Assembly: GCA_016183365.1 (NCBI GenBank)
Contig: JACPES010000002.1
Span: 93,831 to 157,830, forward strand
DNA from: Candidatus Collierbacteria bacterium
GTDB lineage: Bacteria > Patescibacteriota > Microgenomatia > UBA1400 > JACPES01
DNA length: 64,000 nucleotides
Direction of reading: 5' to 3'
The notes under the pieces are model-generated. The model saw only the letters and a list, made by a program, of their open reading frames with translations, was not told where the DNA came from and did not search any database. Below are positions 18,936 through 28,573 of the stretch, piece after piece. A program made the translations under genes and the position numbers. How positions within the stretch are numbered: the stretch's first letter is position 1; each line of letters starts with the position of its first letter.

Positions 18936-20175
18936 TTGAAATTATCTTCTGCGTTTTTTCCTTCATATTCTTTAGAGTCACCACATTTTTTGCCGCTTCT
19001 TCCGGCCCGATAATCACCACGTACGGAATTCCCTTCCTGTCTGCGTATTTAAGTTGTTTATCCAATTTTGCTTCCGGCTCCAGATAAACCTCCGCGTTGA
19101 TACCTGCTTTACGGAGATTGTTTGTCACTTTAAGAGATGACTGGTAAAAATCCGGATCGAATACGGTAACTAAAACTTTGGTTTTGATTGTCTCCAATTT
19201 TGGATACTTTCCGTTGGCTTTAAGAATTTCTTCCAAGACCATATCTCCCATCGCAAAGCCGACTCCGGGAATTCTCTGCCTGCCGCCGATTTCTTCGGTC
19301 AAATTGTCATATCGGCCGCCCCCCCAGATAGATCTGAACTCTCCCTTAATGTCCCAACCCTCAAACACTGTCCGGGTATAGTAATCCAGCCCCCGGACAA
19401 TCGTCGGATCAAACTCGACAAATTCTCCCACCCCCATTGTCTGCACCAGAGATAGAATTTTCGATAGCCATTCGGAGTTGACATATCCTTGTTTGTCTTG
19501 AAGAATATTTTTCAATTGTTTTGTTTGAGTCGGGTTTAAGCCCTCTTGCCCTAGCATCTTGTCGAAGACGACGTCGGGAACTTTTGATTTCTTGTCAATA
19601 ACTTTAAAAATCGCCGTCATTTTTTCATCACCTGCACCTATCAACTCCAATTTCTCCCGGATATATTTCCTGTCATTTATTTTAATTCTGACTTCGGTAG
19701 GGGATAACCCTAGACTTTGATACATCTTTGCCGCTACCGAAATTACTTCGGCGTCGACCTCCGGATTTTCCAATCCCAAAATATCCACATCGCATTGAAA
19801 AAATTCTCGTCCCCGTCCCCGCTGGGGAGTTTCATAGCGAAACCGCGGCCCAAAGGAAAACCATTTGATCGGAAAAACCAGGCTTCCGGCTTTCTTGCTT
19901 ACCATCCGCGCCAAAGTCGGTGTCATTTCCGGCCGCAGCGCTAAAATTTTCCCAGATTTATCCGTTAAAGTAAACGCCTGTTTTTTTACCAATTCTTCGC
20001 CGGACTTAGCGGCATATAAATCAAGGGTTTCCAACATCGGCCCTTCGTATTCTTCAAATCCAAAGCTTTCGGCGATAGACTTAAACTGTCGATACAGCCA
20101 ATTCCGAAACGCCATCTCCAGCGGATAAAAATCCCGGAAGCCTTTGAGTAGTTGTGGTGTATTCATAGTTTGCAT
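18907..20175 (-). CDS. hisS: histidyl-tRNA synthetase
   Basis: Class II motifs (FRYE..Q.GRGREF.Q; GGGRYD) and a C-terminal anticodon-binding domain. The start may instead be MNTPQ at 20166. Confidence 0.9.
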   Translation of the reverse strand: MQTMNTPQLLKGFRDFYPLEMAFRNWLYRQFKSIAESFGFEEYEGPMLETLDLYAAKSGEELVKKQAFTLTDKSGKILALRPEMTPTLARMVSKKAGSLVFPIKWFSFGPRFRYETPQRGRGREFFQCDVDILGLENPEVDAEVISVAAKMYQSLGLSPTEVRIKINDRKYIREKLELIGAGDEKMTAIFKVIDKKSKVPDVVFDKMLGQEGLNPTQTKQLKNILQDKQGYVNSEWLSKILSLVQTMGVGEFVEFDPTIVRGLDYYTRTVFEGWDIKGEFRSIWGGGRYDNLTEEIGGRQRIPGVGFAMGDMVLEEILKANGKYPKLETIKTKVLVTVFDPDFYQSSLKVTNNLRKAGINAEVYLEPEAKLDKQLKYADRKGIPYVVIIGPEEAAKNVVTLKNMKEKTQKIISIEELPSHVP

Positions 20176-20179
20176 TGTA

Positions 20180-20609
20180 TCAAAGCTTTGATGCTGACAA
20201 TAGCCCTAGGGCTGCAGACATGCGTTGTTTTTCATTGCCTAAATCGGTTCGGTTAGAAAGAATAACCACTGTAAGTTTTTCCCGCGGAATTTTCAGGATA
20301 ATGTTTCTAAATCCGGCCCATGATCCGCTCTGATAGATAACTTTTGTTTTAAGTCGTTTTCTAATTAACCAGCTGAATCCTGCTTTGCCAAATTTTCCAT
20401 TTCTCCCGGTTAACCAGAGTTTCTTCGTCCCATGCCCGACTCCACTTGACAATATCTTCGATGTTGGAATAAACTCCTTCGTCTCCAACAATATAATTCA
20501 AGGGATCATAATCACAAAGCCTGAATTTATTTTTTGGCAGTGATTTATAACCTAATGCCAGATTTTTAATTTCCGGTTTTGTTTGATTTAGAACATCGGA
20601 GTTATTCAT
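20180..20609 (-). pseudogene. truncated and frameshifted serine hydrolase / beta-lactamase-family gene (C-terminal half only)
   Basis: Two overlapping frames (20361-20609 and 20180-20491) carry beta-lactamase-family C-terminal features: YSN.EDIVKW, then ..GHGT...SG...VVILSNR. The N-terminal SxxK catalytic part is absent. Confidence 0.5.
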
Positions 20610-20801
20610 TTCTAGCGGCTAAAAAATATTTTTTTTTAAAAATTTCCGATAAGTAATCATTGAAACTTGTTCAATAATTAAAGCCAGTAAAACATATCCA
20701 GCGTCAGAATATTTATATTTACTTCCCGGCGAGAATAGGGGAGTCGGCCGACTTTCCACTACTTTCAAAGCGTCCGTCATTTTTCATCTTTGTATCGCAG
20801 T

Positions 20802-20827
20802 ACTTCAATTATTTAAATAATTGAAGT
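20802..20827. terminator. perfect 13-bp-arm palindrome (acttcaattattt|aaataattgaagt) followed by a T-run
   Basis: Seen directly in the sequence. It lies at the 3' end of the minus-strand pseudogene, so it may act as a bidirectional terminator. Confidence 0.3.
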
Positions 20828-20830
20828 AAT

Positions 20831-21795
20831 TTACTTTTTTTGAATCTCATTTTTCCATTTGTAATACGCTGTCATTTCTTGGTCAGAAATTGGGGTAATA
20901 ACAGAAAGTTGTCCTTGGGCACCGGCAAGAATGGTTTTAGCGACGCGGAATTCTTCAAAATTTACCAAAACTACTCCTTGTTGGTCGTTATCTTTAATAT
21001 CTTTTATAGTCTTTCCTTCTCCGGCATACATGCCGAAATATCTAATCGAAGAATCTTTGATTTCGTTTGGGTCAACCTTTATTTCAATTTGTTGAAAATA
21101 CTCAACTTCTCCGGCTATGATTTCCGGCAGTTGGGCTTGGAAACCAGGCAAGTGATTGGTTTTGGTAATGCCTGGTTTAACTTATCAACGGCCTCGTCAA
21201 CAATCGTTTCCCGCTCTTCTCGTGTCTGCGCATATCTCCAAACTCTTTCTGAGGTCGCTTCGGTTGATGGAATCATGACAATAATTTCTGGATCGCCAAT
21301 TTTAGCTAGTTCTGTTGTCATCTTCTGGATTCTTGGAAGATTGAAAAGAACAATAGATGTTTCCGGTTCGCTCTTGACTTTGCAAACTGGATATTTTCCC
21401 GGAAGATCTTGCTCCCATTCAAACGTGAGGCAGTTCCAAACGATGAAATCCGTGGATTTACCTTGCGAGAATTCCATCAGGTCTTTTGCCAGAAGTTTTT
21501 CGTTTTGTTGCGTATCGTCTGCCTCAAGAATCCAGCGTCTCCGGCGCTGGTTTTTAAGCCAATCGATAAATATTGCCACCTCAGGACTTATTTTTGGCGG
21601 TTTTTCACTGCCGTTTAACGCTCGCTTGATAATTTCTTTTGAATAACGCAGCCCCGTTTGTTGTCGGATTTTTCTCACTGCGATTTTAAACGAGTCCTTG
21701 TCGTTTGGGCTAGCGATAATGGCTTGAGCAGAAAATTCATCCTGCTCTAGCCGCTTAAGAAATGATTGAGAGATTTGTTCTATATTGATTTTCAT
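20831..21795 (-). pseudogene. frameshifted gene of unknown function (two frames: 21115-21795 and 20831-21151)
   Basis: The downstream ORF continues the upstream one after a frame change in the 21115-21151 overlap. No recognisable family. Confidence 0.4.
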
Positions 21796-22702
21796 ATATT
21801 CAGTAATAGATTCTTTTTAAGAATTTTTATTTTTCCACCAATTTCCGCAGAGACTTCTTGTTTCAAATTCTTTACTCTCGCAATCAGCTTTTTGCCAGAT
21901 GGTTGGAGAATAGGAATCTCAAGAGTGTTTTTTGATTGTTTAAAAAACTCTGTCAGAGCAACAGCCGTGGTTCCGCTGGCGCAGGCAGTCTCGTAAAACA
22001 GAGTTTTGATATCGCGGACCCAAACGACAGGATCAATTCTCAATATGTTGCTATCGCGTGAAACAAATATGACTCCGGCAGCCGGAACAGAGAGGGTTAG
22101 GCCAAGTTTTTTGAGGATTTTAAGTCCTTGGAGTTTAATTTCTTCTCTAGAACTACTTATTATGGGCCGATAAGTAATTACTTGGGTGATTCCTTCGAGA
22201 GCTACAATGAAGGTAATCACCGGCCTCTCTGACGTAATCGCGGTTTTTTAATATGGGCATTTGAGCCCAGACCATACTTTGTCGATCGATTCTGGCTTTT
22301 AAGTTTTGGTTTGTCCCGGAAACAGAAATGCTAACCTTCCCCGGTTTTCCTTTAAGGGTTAAAAATGCCGCGCATCTGGTGGCATTGCCGCAAAATTCTC
22401 CTCCTGCCATTACCAGGCGAGTAGGGGAATAGTCAATAAATCCTACTTGTTCGACCATTGAAAATTTGGCCATGATTTTTGTCGTTAATAATTTTTCTTT
22501 CATCAGAAAACCTATTGATTCCTTTGACTAAAGCGGTGATATTCCTGCCGGGATTTAGAATGGTAAGGTTAATTTTTCTGTTCATAGTTTCTTCATTAAA
22601 AACCCCGCTTTTTAGCGGGGTAACACCCAAAACTTCAACACTTGCTCGTGGTGGAGTTTTAGGTTGGCAGCAAAAATGGTCAGCGATTCTTCGTTTCATC
22701 AT
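21792..22702 (-). pseudogene. dapF: diaminopimelate epimerase (DapF)-like gene split over three frames
   Basis: GGEFCGNATRCAAFL (N-domain catalytic Cys) and ETACASGTTAVAL (C-domain catalytic Cys) fall on separate overlapping ORFs (22433-22702, 22153-22503, 21792-22220). Confidence 0.5.
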
Positions 22703-22772
22703 GTTAATACGTTAATTTATCAATACATCACTTTTGAAAATCTTGTCAATAATCAATTTGGCTTTGGAAATC

Positions 22773-22813
22773 ATGTAGATTGACAATGCTATAGCATATC
22801 GAATTTACAAGGT
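22773..22813. repeat. nested palindromic element family D, degenerate copy (catgtagattgacaatgctatagcatatcgaatttacaagg)
   Basis: Shares catgtagatt ... gctatagca with the perfect copy at 39403-39442; the right arm has decayed. Confidence 0.55.
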
Positions 22814-22817
22814 TGAT

Positions 22818-23118
22818 TTAACTTGATCTTTTAGAAATACCGAAAAGACGGGTAAGGATTGTTTTATATCCGTTCATTCCCTGATCCAGCCAGTGGGCGA
22901 CGCGGGTTACGGTAGTCGTCGAGCCGCCGGTTTTTTGGTGATTTGTTTGTAAGAAAGATCTGTGGTCCACAGAAGTTGAGCCATTTGCCAGCGTTTTGCC
23001 GCAGCGTCAAACTCGCTGATTGTCAATAGGTCGCGGAAAAACGCGTTGGTTTCGGTCGGTGATTTCAGTTATAGAATAGCTCGAAACAATGTCTTATGTT
23101 CGGCGTCAGGATAGGTCA
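22818..23118 (-). pseudogene. YerC/YecD (TrpR-like) family regulator gene with an in-frame TAA and a frameshift in an A6 run
   Basis: The minus-strand translation is MTYPDAEHKTLFRAIL-TAA-LKSPTETNAFFRDLLTISEFDAAAKRWQMAQLLWTTDLSYKQI, then a frame change at tttttt (22933-22938), then HQKTGGSTTTVTRVAHWLDQGMNGYKTILTRLFGISKRSS*. This closely resembles B. subtilis YerC (...AQRWEVAKML...TYR.I..ETGASTATISRV...DGYEMMLERL). Confidence 0.55.
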
Positions 23119-23159
23119 TATTTACTACGCCGCAGCGTCGTTTGGAGTCAAAAGCCGAT

Positions 23160-23861
23160 TCATTTAACCAGTTTAACAGCTTTGGCTACTTGTTGTTTAT
23201 CGGTTTTTCCCGGAATAGTGATGACTATAATTTTATTTTCCAAATTCAGCTTGGTGAGGTCAACCGCTGTTTTAACTGCTGAAAGTTCAATCGCTTCCGT
23301 TCCTCCCAATTCCGCCGGCCGGTTGGTGGTGATTGAAAAAGTATTTTTATCCGGATTAATTTTAGTAACTTTCCCCCAAATAATTTTAGTTTTGCGGGAT
23401 TCGGGTTCTATAGTCGAAGCGACTACTCTTTTGGCGTCGAGACTGTCGCGGACGTCAGCATACCCCATGGCGATGATGAAATCTCCGATGGCCAATTCAT
23501 TAGGTTTGGCGGATTTCCCATTCCGCAATATCACAGTTTGATCGGTTATAGCCGCCATTCTGGTTGACCCGCTTTTGAGTTGAATAGTGATGGCTGAACT
23601 GGTAATATCTTTAATTTTTCCAATTAAAGCAATTCTGTTTTTGGCGCCCAAAACTTTTTTGGCTTCATCGGATTTTTCCTGAACAGCCTTTTTCAATCTT
23701 TCCTGGGCGGATTCAATAATTTCTTTTGCTGGGGTGGGGGATGCAGAAGGGGTAGGGGAAGCCGTCTGGGCGAAAGACGATGGTGGAAAAATAACAATAA
23801 AAATAAATACGAATAAACGAATAAACGAATAAGCTGAAATAAAGTTGTTTATTTTGTTCAT
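23160..23861 (-). CDS. hypothetical secreted protein (signal peptide, Pro/Thr/Ser linker)
   Basis: N-terminal signal peptide and a PTPSASPTP linker. Confidence 0.45.
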   Translation of the reverse strand: MNKINNFISAYSFIRLFVFIFIVIFPPSSFAQTASPTPSASPTPAKEIIESAQERLKKAVQEKSDEAKKVLGAKNRIALIGKIKDITSSAITIQLKSGSTRMAAITDQTVILRNGKSAKPNELAIGDFIIAMGYADVRDSLDAKRVVASTIEPESRKTKIIWGKVTKINPDKNTFSITTNRPAELGGTEAIELSAVKTAVDLTKLNLENKIIVITIPGKTDKQQVAKAVKLVK

Positions 23862-23869
23862 TTGTTCCC

Positions 23870-24328
23870 CTAAAACTCTGCCGTAGTATAGACCACGGTT
23901 AGAGTAATTTCTGCTTGTTCTTCATTTGGCGCCAGAGAAGCTATTTTGATCTCGTTAACTCCGGTGACAAGCTCAATTTTTTGAGAAAAAAGACCGGCCT
24001 CATCAGATGAAGCGAAGTATTCATTTTTTTCACTCACAATGGCCAGAGTGGATTCCGGAGTGGTTTTACCGGAAATCATCAATTCGCTTGATGAAACCAC
24101 CGAATTATCTTCCGGTTGGTCAATTGTTACGGAATGTTTTGGCGGGGTAGGCGTGGCGGTGGGGGAAGCGGTAGATAAAGAAGTGGAAATCGGCGATGAT
24201 CCGTTAGCCGTTCCTTCCGATCCGGCTTGATGCTTTTCTAGAGCCTGTCTGGCTATGACTATTCCGACTACTATCAATAACCCGACGATCAACCCTAGGA
24301 AAATTGCGACTACAAATTCTTTTCTCAT
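23870..24328 (-). CDS. hypothetical membrane-anchored / secreted protein (possible Ig-like domain)
   Basis: N-terminal TM helix, an S/T/P-rich linker and a beta-rich C-terminus. Confidence 0.4.
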   Translation of the reverse strand: MRKEFVVAIFLGLIVGLLIVVGIVIARQALEKHQAGSEGTANGSSPISTSLSTASPTATPTPPKHSVTIDQPEDNSVVSSSELMISGKTTPESTLAIVSEKNEYFASSDEAGLFSQKIELVTGVNEIKIASLAPNEEQAEITLTVVYTTAEF

Positions 24329-24383
24329 AGAGCTTTGCTTGAAGAGCATTTGGTAGTGTACCATATGATATATTCTATCTACT

Positions 24384-25037
24384 ATGGATATTACTTTTTT
24401 AGGGCATTCGAGTTTTAAAATCAGGGGAAAAAACGGAATAGTGGTCTGTGATCCTTTCTCTTCTAAAATAGGCTTCCCGTTTCCTAAAGTTTCAGCGGAT
24501 ATAGTTACAATTTCCCACCATCATTTTGACCACTTTGCTGTCGATCAGGTTTCAGGGACTGCTAGAATTGACAAGCCATATGTGATTGACGCTCCCGGCG
24601 AATATGAGCTGCTGGATATCGCGGTTTCAGTTCACCCGTCTTTCCATGACGCGGAAAATGGCGCCTTGAGGGGCAAAAACAATATCTCGGTAATTAGGAT
24701 TGAAGGGATCGCCATCGCTCATTTGGGCGATTTGGGGCACATCCTTTCCGATTCCGATATCAATTCTTTAGGGGCAATTGACATTTTAATGGTTCCGGTC
24801 GGAGGGGAGTATACCATCGGGTCTAAACAGGCTGTGGAAATAGCGGAAGCGATAGAGCCGTCAGTCATTATCCCCATGCACTACAGAACTGACAAGCACA
24901 GTTCGGAATTTGCCTTACTAGCGACGGTAGACGGGTTCTTGAAAGAGATGGGTAAGACCGGAATTGTTCCGGCAGAAAAATTGTCTTTGACGGCCGGAAG
25001 CTTACCCGCAGAAATGGAAGTGGTAGTTCTCAAATAA
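24384..25037 (+). CDS. MBL-fold metallo-hydrolase
   Basis: HxHxDH motif (ISHHHFDHFAV) with downstream His/Asp ligands. Confidence 0.7.
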   Translation: MDITFLGHSSFKIRGKNGIVVCDPFSSKIGFPFPKVSADIVTISHHHFDHFAVDQVSGTARIDKPYVIDAPGEYELLDIAVSVHPSFHDAENGALRGKNNISVIRIEGIAIAHLGDLGHILSDSDINSLGAIDILMVPVGGEYTIGSKQAVEIAEAIEPSVIIPMHYRTDKHSSEFALLATVDGFLKEMGKTGIVPAEKLSLTAGSLPAEMEVVVLK

Positions 25038-25091
25038 TAATAAATTGCTATATTGCTAAATTGTTCTATTGTTTGCTGTCCGCCAATTAAC

Positions 25092-25115
25092 AATCTAATA
25101 ATCTAATAATCTAAC
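25092..25115. repeat. 8-bp x3 tandem repeat (aatctaat) abutting the dnaB start codon
   Basis: caatctaataatctaataatctaacaATG. Confidence 0.7.
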
Positions 25116-25116
25116 A

Positions 25117-27750
25117 ATGAGTTCTCTTAAAGTTCCGCCTCATTCGGAAGAAGCCGAGAAATCAGTATTGGGCGCGATTTTGCTGGACAGCGAAGCCATC
25201 GTTAAGGTAGCCGAATTTTTACGAGCTGAACACTTTTATGATCCGTCGCATCAATCTATTTTCGCGGCTGAATTAGCCTTATATGAAGAGCGCAGCCCGA
25301 TAGATTTGGTGACAGTCTCCGATAAGCTTAAAAAGCTTAAGCAGTTGACGGAGATCGGGGGTTCTGACTATTTGGCTAAATTGGTGAGTGGGGTTCCGAC
25401 GGCTGCCAATATCGTCAGCTATGCCAAATTGGTTAGAGACTGTTTTACCAAAAGAGAATTGGTCCGGCTTTCCGGGGAAATGTCCACTTCCGCTTTGGAC
25501 GAAAGCCGGGAAGTAGTCGAGATTTTAGACGAGGCGGAGCAGAAAATCTTTTCATTATCCCAGCAGCAAATGCGTCAGGGATTTATTTCGGTTAAGGACG
25601 CTTTGGCCGAAAGCTTTGACCGGTTGGACGAAATTCAAAGAGCCGGGTCGGGACTGCGGGGAGTGGCTACCGGATACAATGAATTGGATGGAGCTTTGGC
25701 CGGACTGCAAAAAAGCAATTTAGTGGTTTTGGCCGCCCGGCCGGGAATCGGGAAAACTACTCTGGCTTTGAATATTGCCCAATACGCCGCGGTTACCAGT
25801 AAAGTTCCGGTCGGCTATTTTGCTTTGGAAATGAGCCAGGAGGAAATGGTGGACAGGATGTTGGTAGCTCAAGCGGACATTGACGCTTGGAAATTCAAGA
25901 TAGGAAAATTCAAAGACGAAGATTTTAACCGCTTGTCGGAGGCTTTTGGAATTTTGGCCGACGCCCCTTTTTATATTGACGATACTCCAGCTCTATCTAT
26001 TATGGAAATGAGGACCAAAGCCCGGCGGTTAAAGTCAGAACATCAGGTGGAACTTCTGATAGTTGATTATTTGCAGTTAGCCCGGTCGCGTAATCTGGAA
26101 AATCGGGTTCAGGAAGTTTCGGAAATCAGCCAAGGTTTAAAAAATCTGGCCCGGGAACTGAAGGTGCCGATATTGGCGCTGTCGCAATTGTCCCGGGCTG
26201 TCGAACATCGGGAAAGAAAAAGACCGCAACTGGCGGACTTGCGGGAGTGTTTGACCGGAGACACTCTGATTCTCATGGCCGATACCGGTGAATTATGCAA
26301 AATAAAAAATTTGGTTGGTAAAAGCGGATTCAAAGTGTTTTCTTTGGGTAAAGATAATAAATTAATAATTAGCAAAGTCAAAGAGGCAATTAATAGCGGC
26401 CAGAAAAAGATTTATTCGCTTTCCACCCAATCCGGCAGAACAATCCGCTGCTCTTTGAATCACCCGTTTTATACTTTGCTGGGATGGCAGAAGTTAGAAA
26501 CGATTAAAGAAGGAGAATATATTGCCATCCCGCGCGATTTACCAATTGATGCGAAAATCCGGCCCAAGCTTTTGGATACCGAAGCCAAAATAAGACTTTT
26601 GGGACACATGTTAAGAGACGGCAGTTTTATTCCCAGACGAATTTTGCAATATACATCCGTAAATTCGAAAAATCTGAAACAGGTGAGCATGGATGCCAAA
26701 AATTCATTTGCAGTTAACACCAGAATAGTGAAAAAACGAAATTGGTATCAAGTATATTTTACGAGTGTCCGACGGGTAAGTAAGAATTATAGAAATCCCA
26801 TGGTGCAGTGGTTGGATGATTTGGGTATTTGGGGATTGCGTTCACCGCAAAGATTTATACCCGGCGATGTATTTCTGTTGCCGCTTGACGATATCAAATT
26901 ATTTTTACGGCATTTATGGGCGACTGACGGATGCGTGTGGATTGCTGGAAATCAAATCCGGGTAAAGATTTATTACGCCACGGCCAGTAAAATATTTGCC
27001 AAAGATGTCCAGTCTCTTTTATTGAGATGCGGCATCTTGTCAAATATTCACATAAACAGGAAAAAAGGATTTGGAGATGGATATCATGTTTGTGTTGATA
27101 GCCGGGAGATGCAGACAAAATTTATCCAAGAAATCGGAGGGTTCGCCGACAGATTTGACCTAGTAAAAAAAGCCAAATTGATATTAGCCAAAATCAAACC
27201 CAATCCAAACTTGGATATTATTCCCAAACAGGTGTGGCCAATAATTGATCGGATGCGTAAAGCTAAAAAAATAACTTGGCGGGGCTTTGCTGAATTGTTA
27301 AAAATGTCTTACTGCGGCTCAACATTGTTTAAGTCAGGAATTAGTCGAGAGAGAATAAGAAGAATGGCGGTTTTCTTGGATGATTCAAAGATTTGGAATT
27401 TGGCGGATTCTGGAATTTATTGGGACAAAATTTCTTCGGTGAGATCTGAAGGAACTGAAGATGTTTATGATCTTCAGGTTGAAGGATCGCACAATTTCGT
27501 GGCCAATGATATTTTTGTGCATAACAGCGGAGCGATCGAGCAGGATGCCGACGTGGTGATGTTTTTGTACCGCGAAGACGAAGAAAATCAGGAAAATTTA
27601 ATTTTAGATATCCAAAAACACCGCAACGGCCCTCTACGTCGGATCAATCTTTTCTTTAGAGGCGACAGAATCAGATTCTACGGGGTGGAGCGGGGAGCGG
27701 ATAGGGGCGAAACCAAAGCCAAGCCGGTGAAGGAAAAAGATAAAGATTAG
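25117..27750 (+). CDS. dnaB: replicative DNA helicase DnaB, interrupted by an in-frame intein
   Basis: 877 aa. Walker A (ARPGIGKTT), then ...LADLRE | C...HN | [18 protein letters not shown]. With the intein removed the extein is 451 aa. Confidence 0.9.
   Translation: [877 protein letters not shown]
26248..27525 (+). mobile_element. DnaB intein (426 aa) with a LAGLIDADG-type homing endonuclease domain
   Basis: It begins with Cys (CLTGDTLIL, Hint block A) and ends VHN immediately before the extein Ser. Internal [11 protein letters not shown] and [12 protein letters not shown] are LAGLIDADG-like motifs. The insertion point is the classic DnaB site between RE and SG. Confidence 0.8.
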
Positions 27751-27789
27751 GCTGCTAAAAGCAATGCAAAAACCAGCCATTGCTGATGA

Positions 27790-28011
27790 TTAGCGCGAAA
27801 CGGGAGTGGCTAGAGATTTAGAGTTATCTCCCGCGACAGGAATGAAACCGGCGCCGCTATCGAGAAAACGTTCAACAGAATCGAAGAACCTGCCAGCGTT
27901 TTGACTATCTATTCCGCCGTTACTATCCGCACTGTCTAAGCACGCTATTGTAGGCAGAGCGAGTGCCGCTGCCGCCAACGCGATTCGTAGAGTTTTTCTT
28001 TCAGAATTCAT
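27790..28011 (-). CDS. hypothetical small lipoprotein (signal peptide with lipobox-like TIAC)
   Basis: N-terminal RIALAAAALALPTIAC. Local GC is roughly 50-52%, above the window average. Confidence 0.35.
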   Translation of the reverse strand: MNSERKTLRIALAAAALALPTIACLDSADSNGGIDSQNAGRFFDSVERFLDSGAGFIPVAGDNSKSLATPVSR

Positions 28012-28014
28012 TCC

Positions 28015-28305
28015 TTATATTATACCACAAAGCCTCCAACGAAAAATGACCCCATTTACCTCTATTATATCTTTACTCGGTCCTAAATCCCATTCATCCC
28101 CATCTACCCCAATTCGTGCGCCTGGAGTATGACCGGGTCGATCTCGATAGTCATGCACGGTATAGTTCACGCCGCCTATAGCAAAGTGAGCATCGAATCC
28201 TTCTGGTACAGTACCTGAAGGTGCAGGTCTTAATCTTCCTCTAAAACCATTTATTGGCACACTTAACGCTATCGATTTTGGCGCTGGTTCTATTTCTACA
28301 GGCAT
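28015..28305 (-). CDS. hypothetical small protein
   Basis: 96-aa ORF in the same frame as the downstream lipoprotein ORF, separated only by TAA plus one codon. GC-richer than its surroundings. Confidence 0.3.
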   Translation of the reverse strand: MPVEIEPAPKSIALSVPINGFRGRLRPAPSGTVPEGFDAHFAIGGVNYTVHDYRDRPGHTPGARIGVDGDEWDLGPSKDIIEVNGVIFRWRLCGII

Positions 28306-28328
28306 AAAAAATTATTATACCACAAAAT

Positions 28329-28417
28329 TGGTGCCAGGGGCGGGAATCGAACCCGCAAGAGCTTTGAGACTCACAGGTTTTTGAGACCTGCGTGTTTACC
28401 GATTTCACCACCCTGGC
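28329..28417 (-). tRNA. tRNA-Leu (anticodon CAA), class II with long variable arm, CCA encoded
   Basis: The reverse complement gccagggtggtgaaatcggtaaacacgcaggtctcaaaaacctgtgagtctcaaagctcttgcgggttcgattcccgcccctggcacca has a 7-bp acceptor stem, an anticodon loop ctCAAaa, a long variable stem-loop and a T-arm ggttcgattcc. Confidence 0.85.
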
Positions 28418-28485
28418 GATTTATACTCATATTCTACCAGCTTCTTGTGGTAAGATAACTTGAAGTTTGGATTTGTCATTCTGCC

Positions 28486-28539
28486 GGAATCCATTTATAT
28501 AGATTCCAGCTTTCGCCAGATTACCGTACGGTATCTGGC
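28486..28539. promoter_or_regulatory. palindrome ggaatccatttatatagattcc (family E) plus hairpin gccagattaccgtacggtatctggc upstream of efp
   Basis: Seen directly. Related tatatagattcc copies occur at 36544-36557 and 36765-36785. The position is 35-90 bp upstream of the efp start. Confidence 0.4.
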
Positions 28540-28573
28540 TTTCGTTGGAATGGCAGAGTAAATCAGATTACTT

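Noticed and set aside
22818-23118. An in-frame TAA inside the yerC-like gene as evidence for stop-codon reassignment.
   Set aside because: TAA, TAG and TGA all terminate well-conserved genes elsewhere in the window (rpsP, proS, gyrB ends), and the same gene also carries a frameshift. Pseudogene or assembly error is the simpler explanation.
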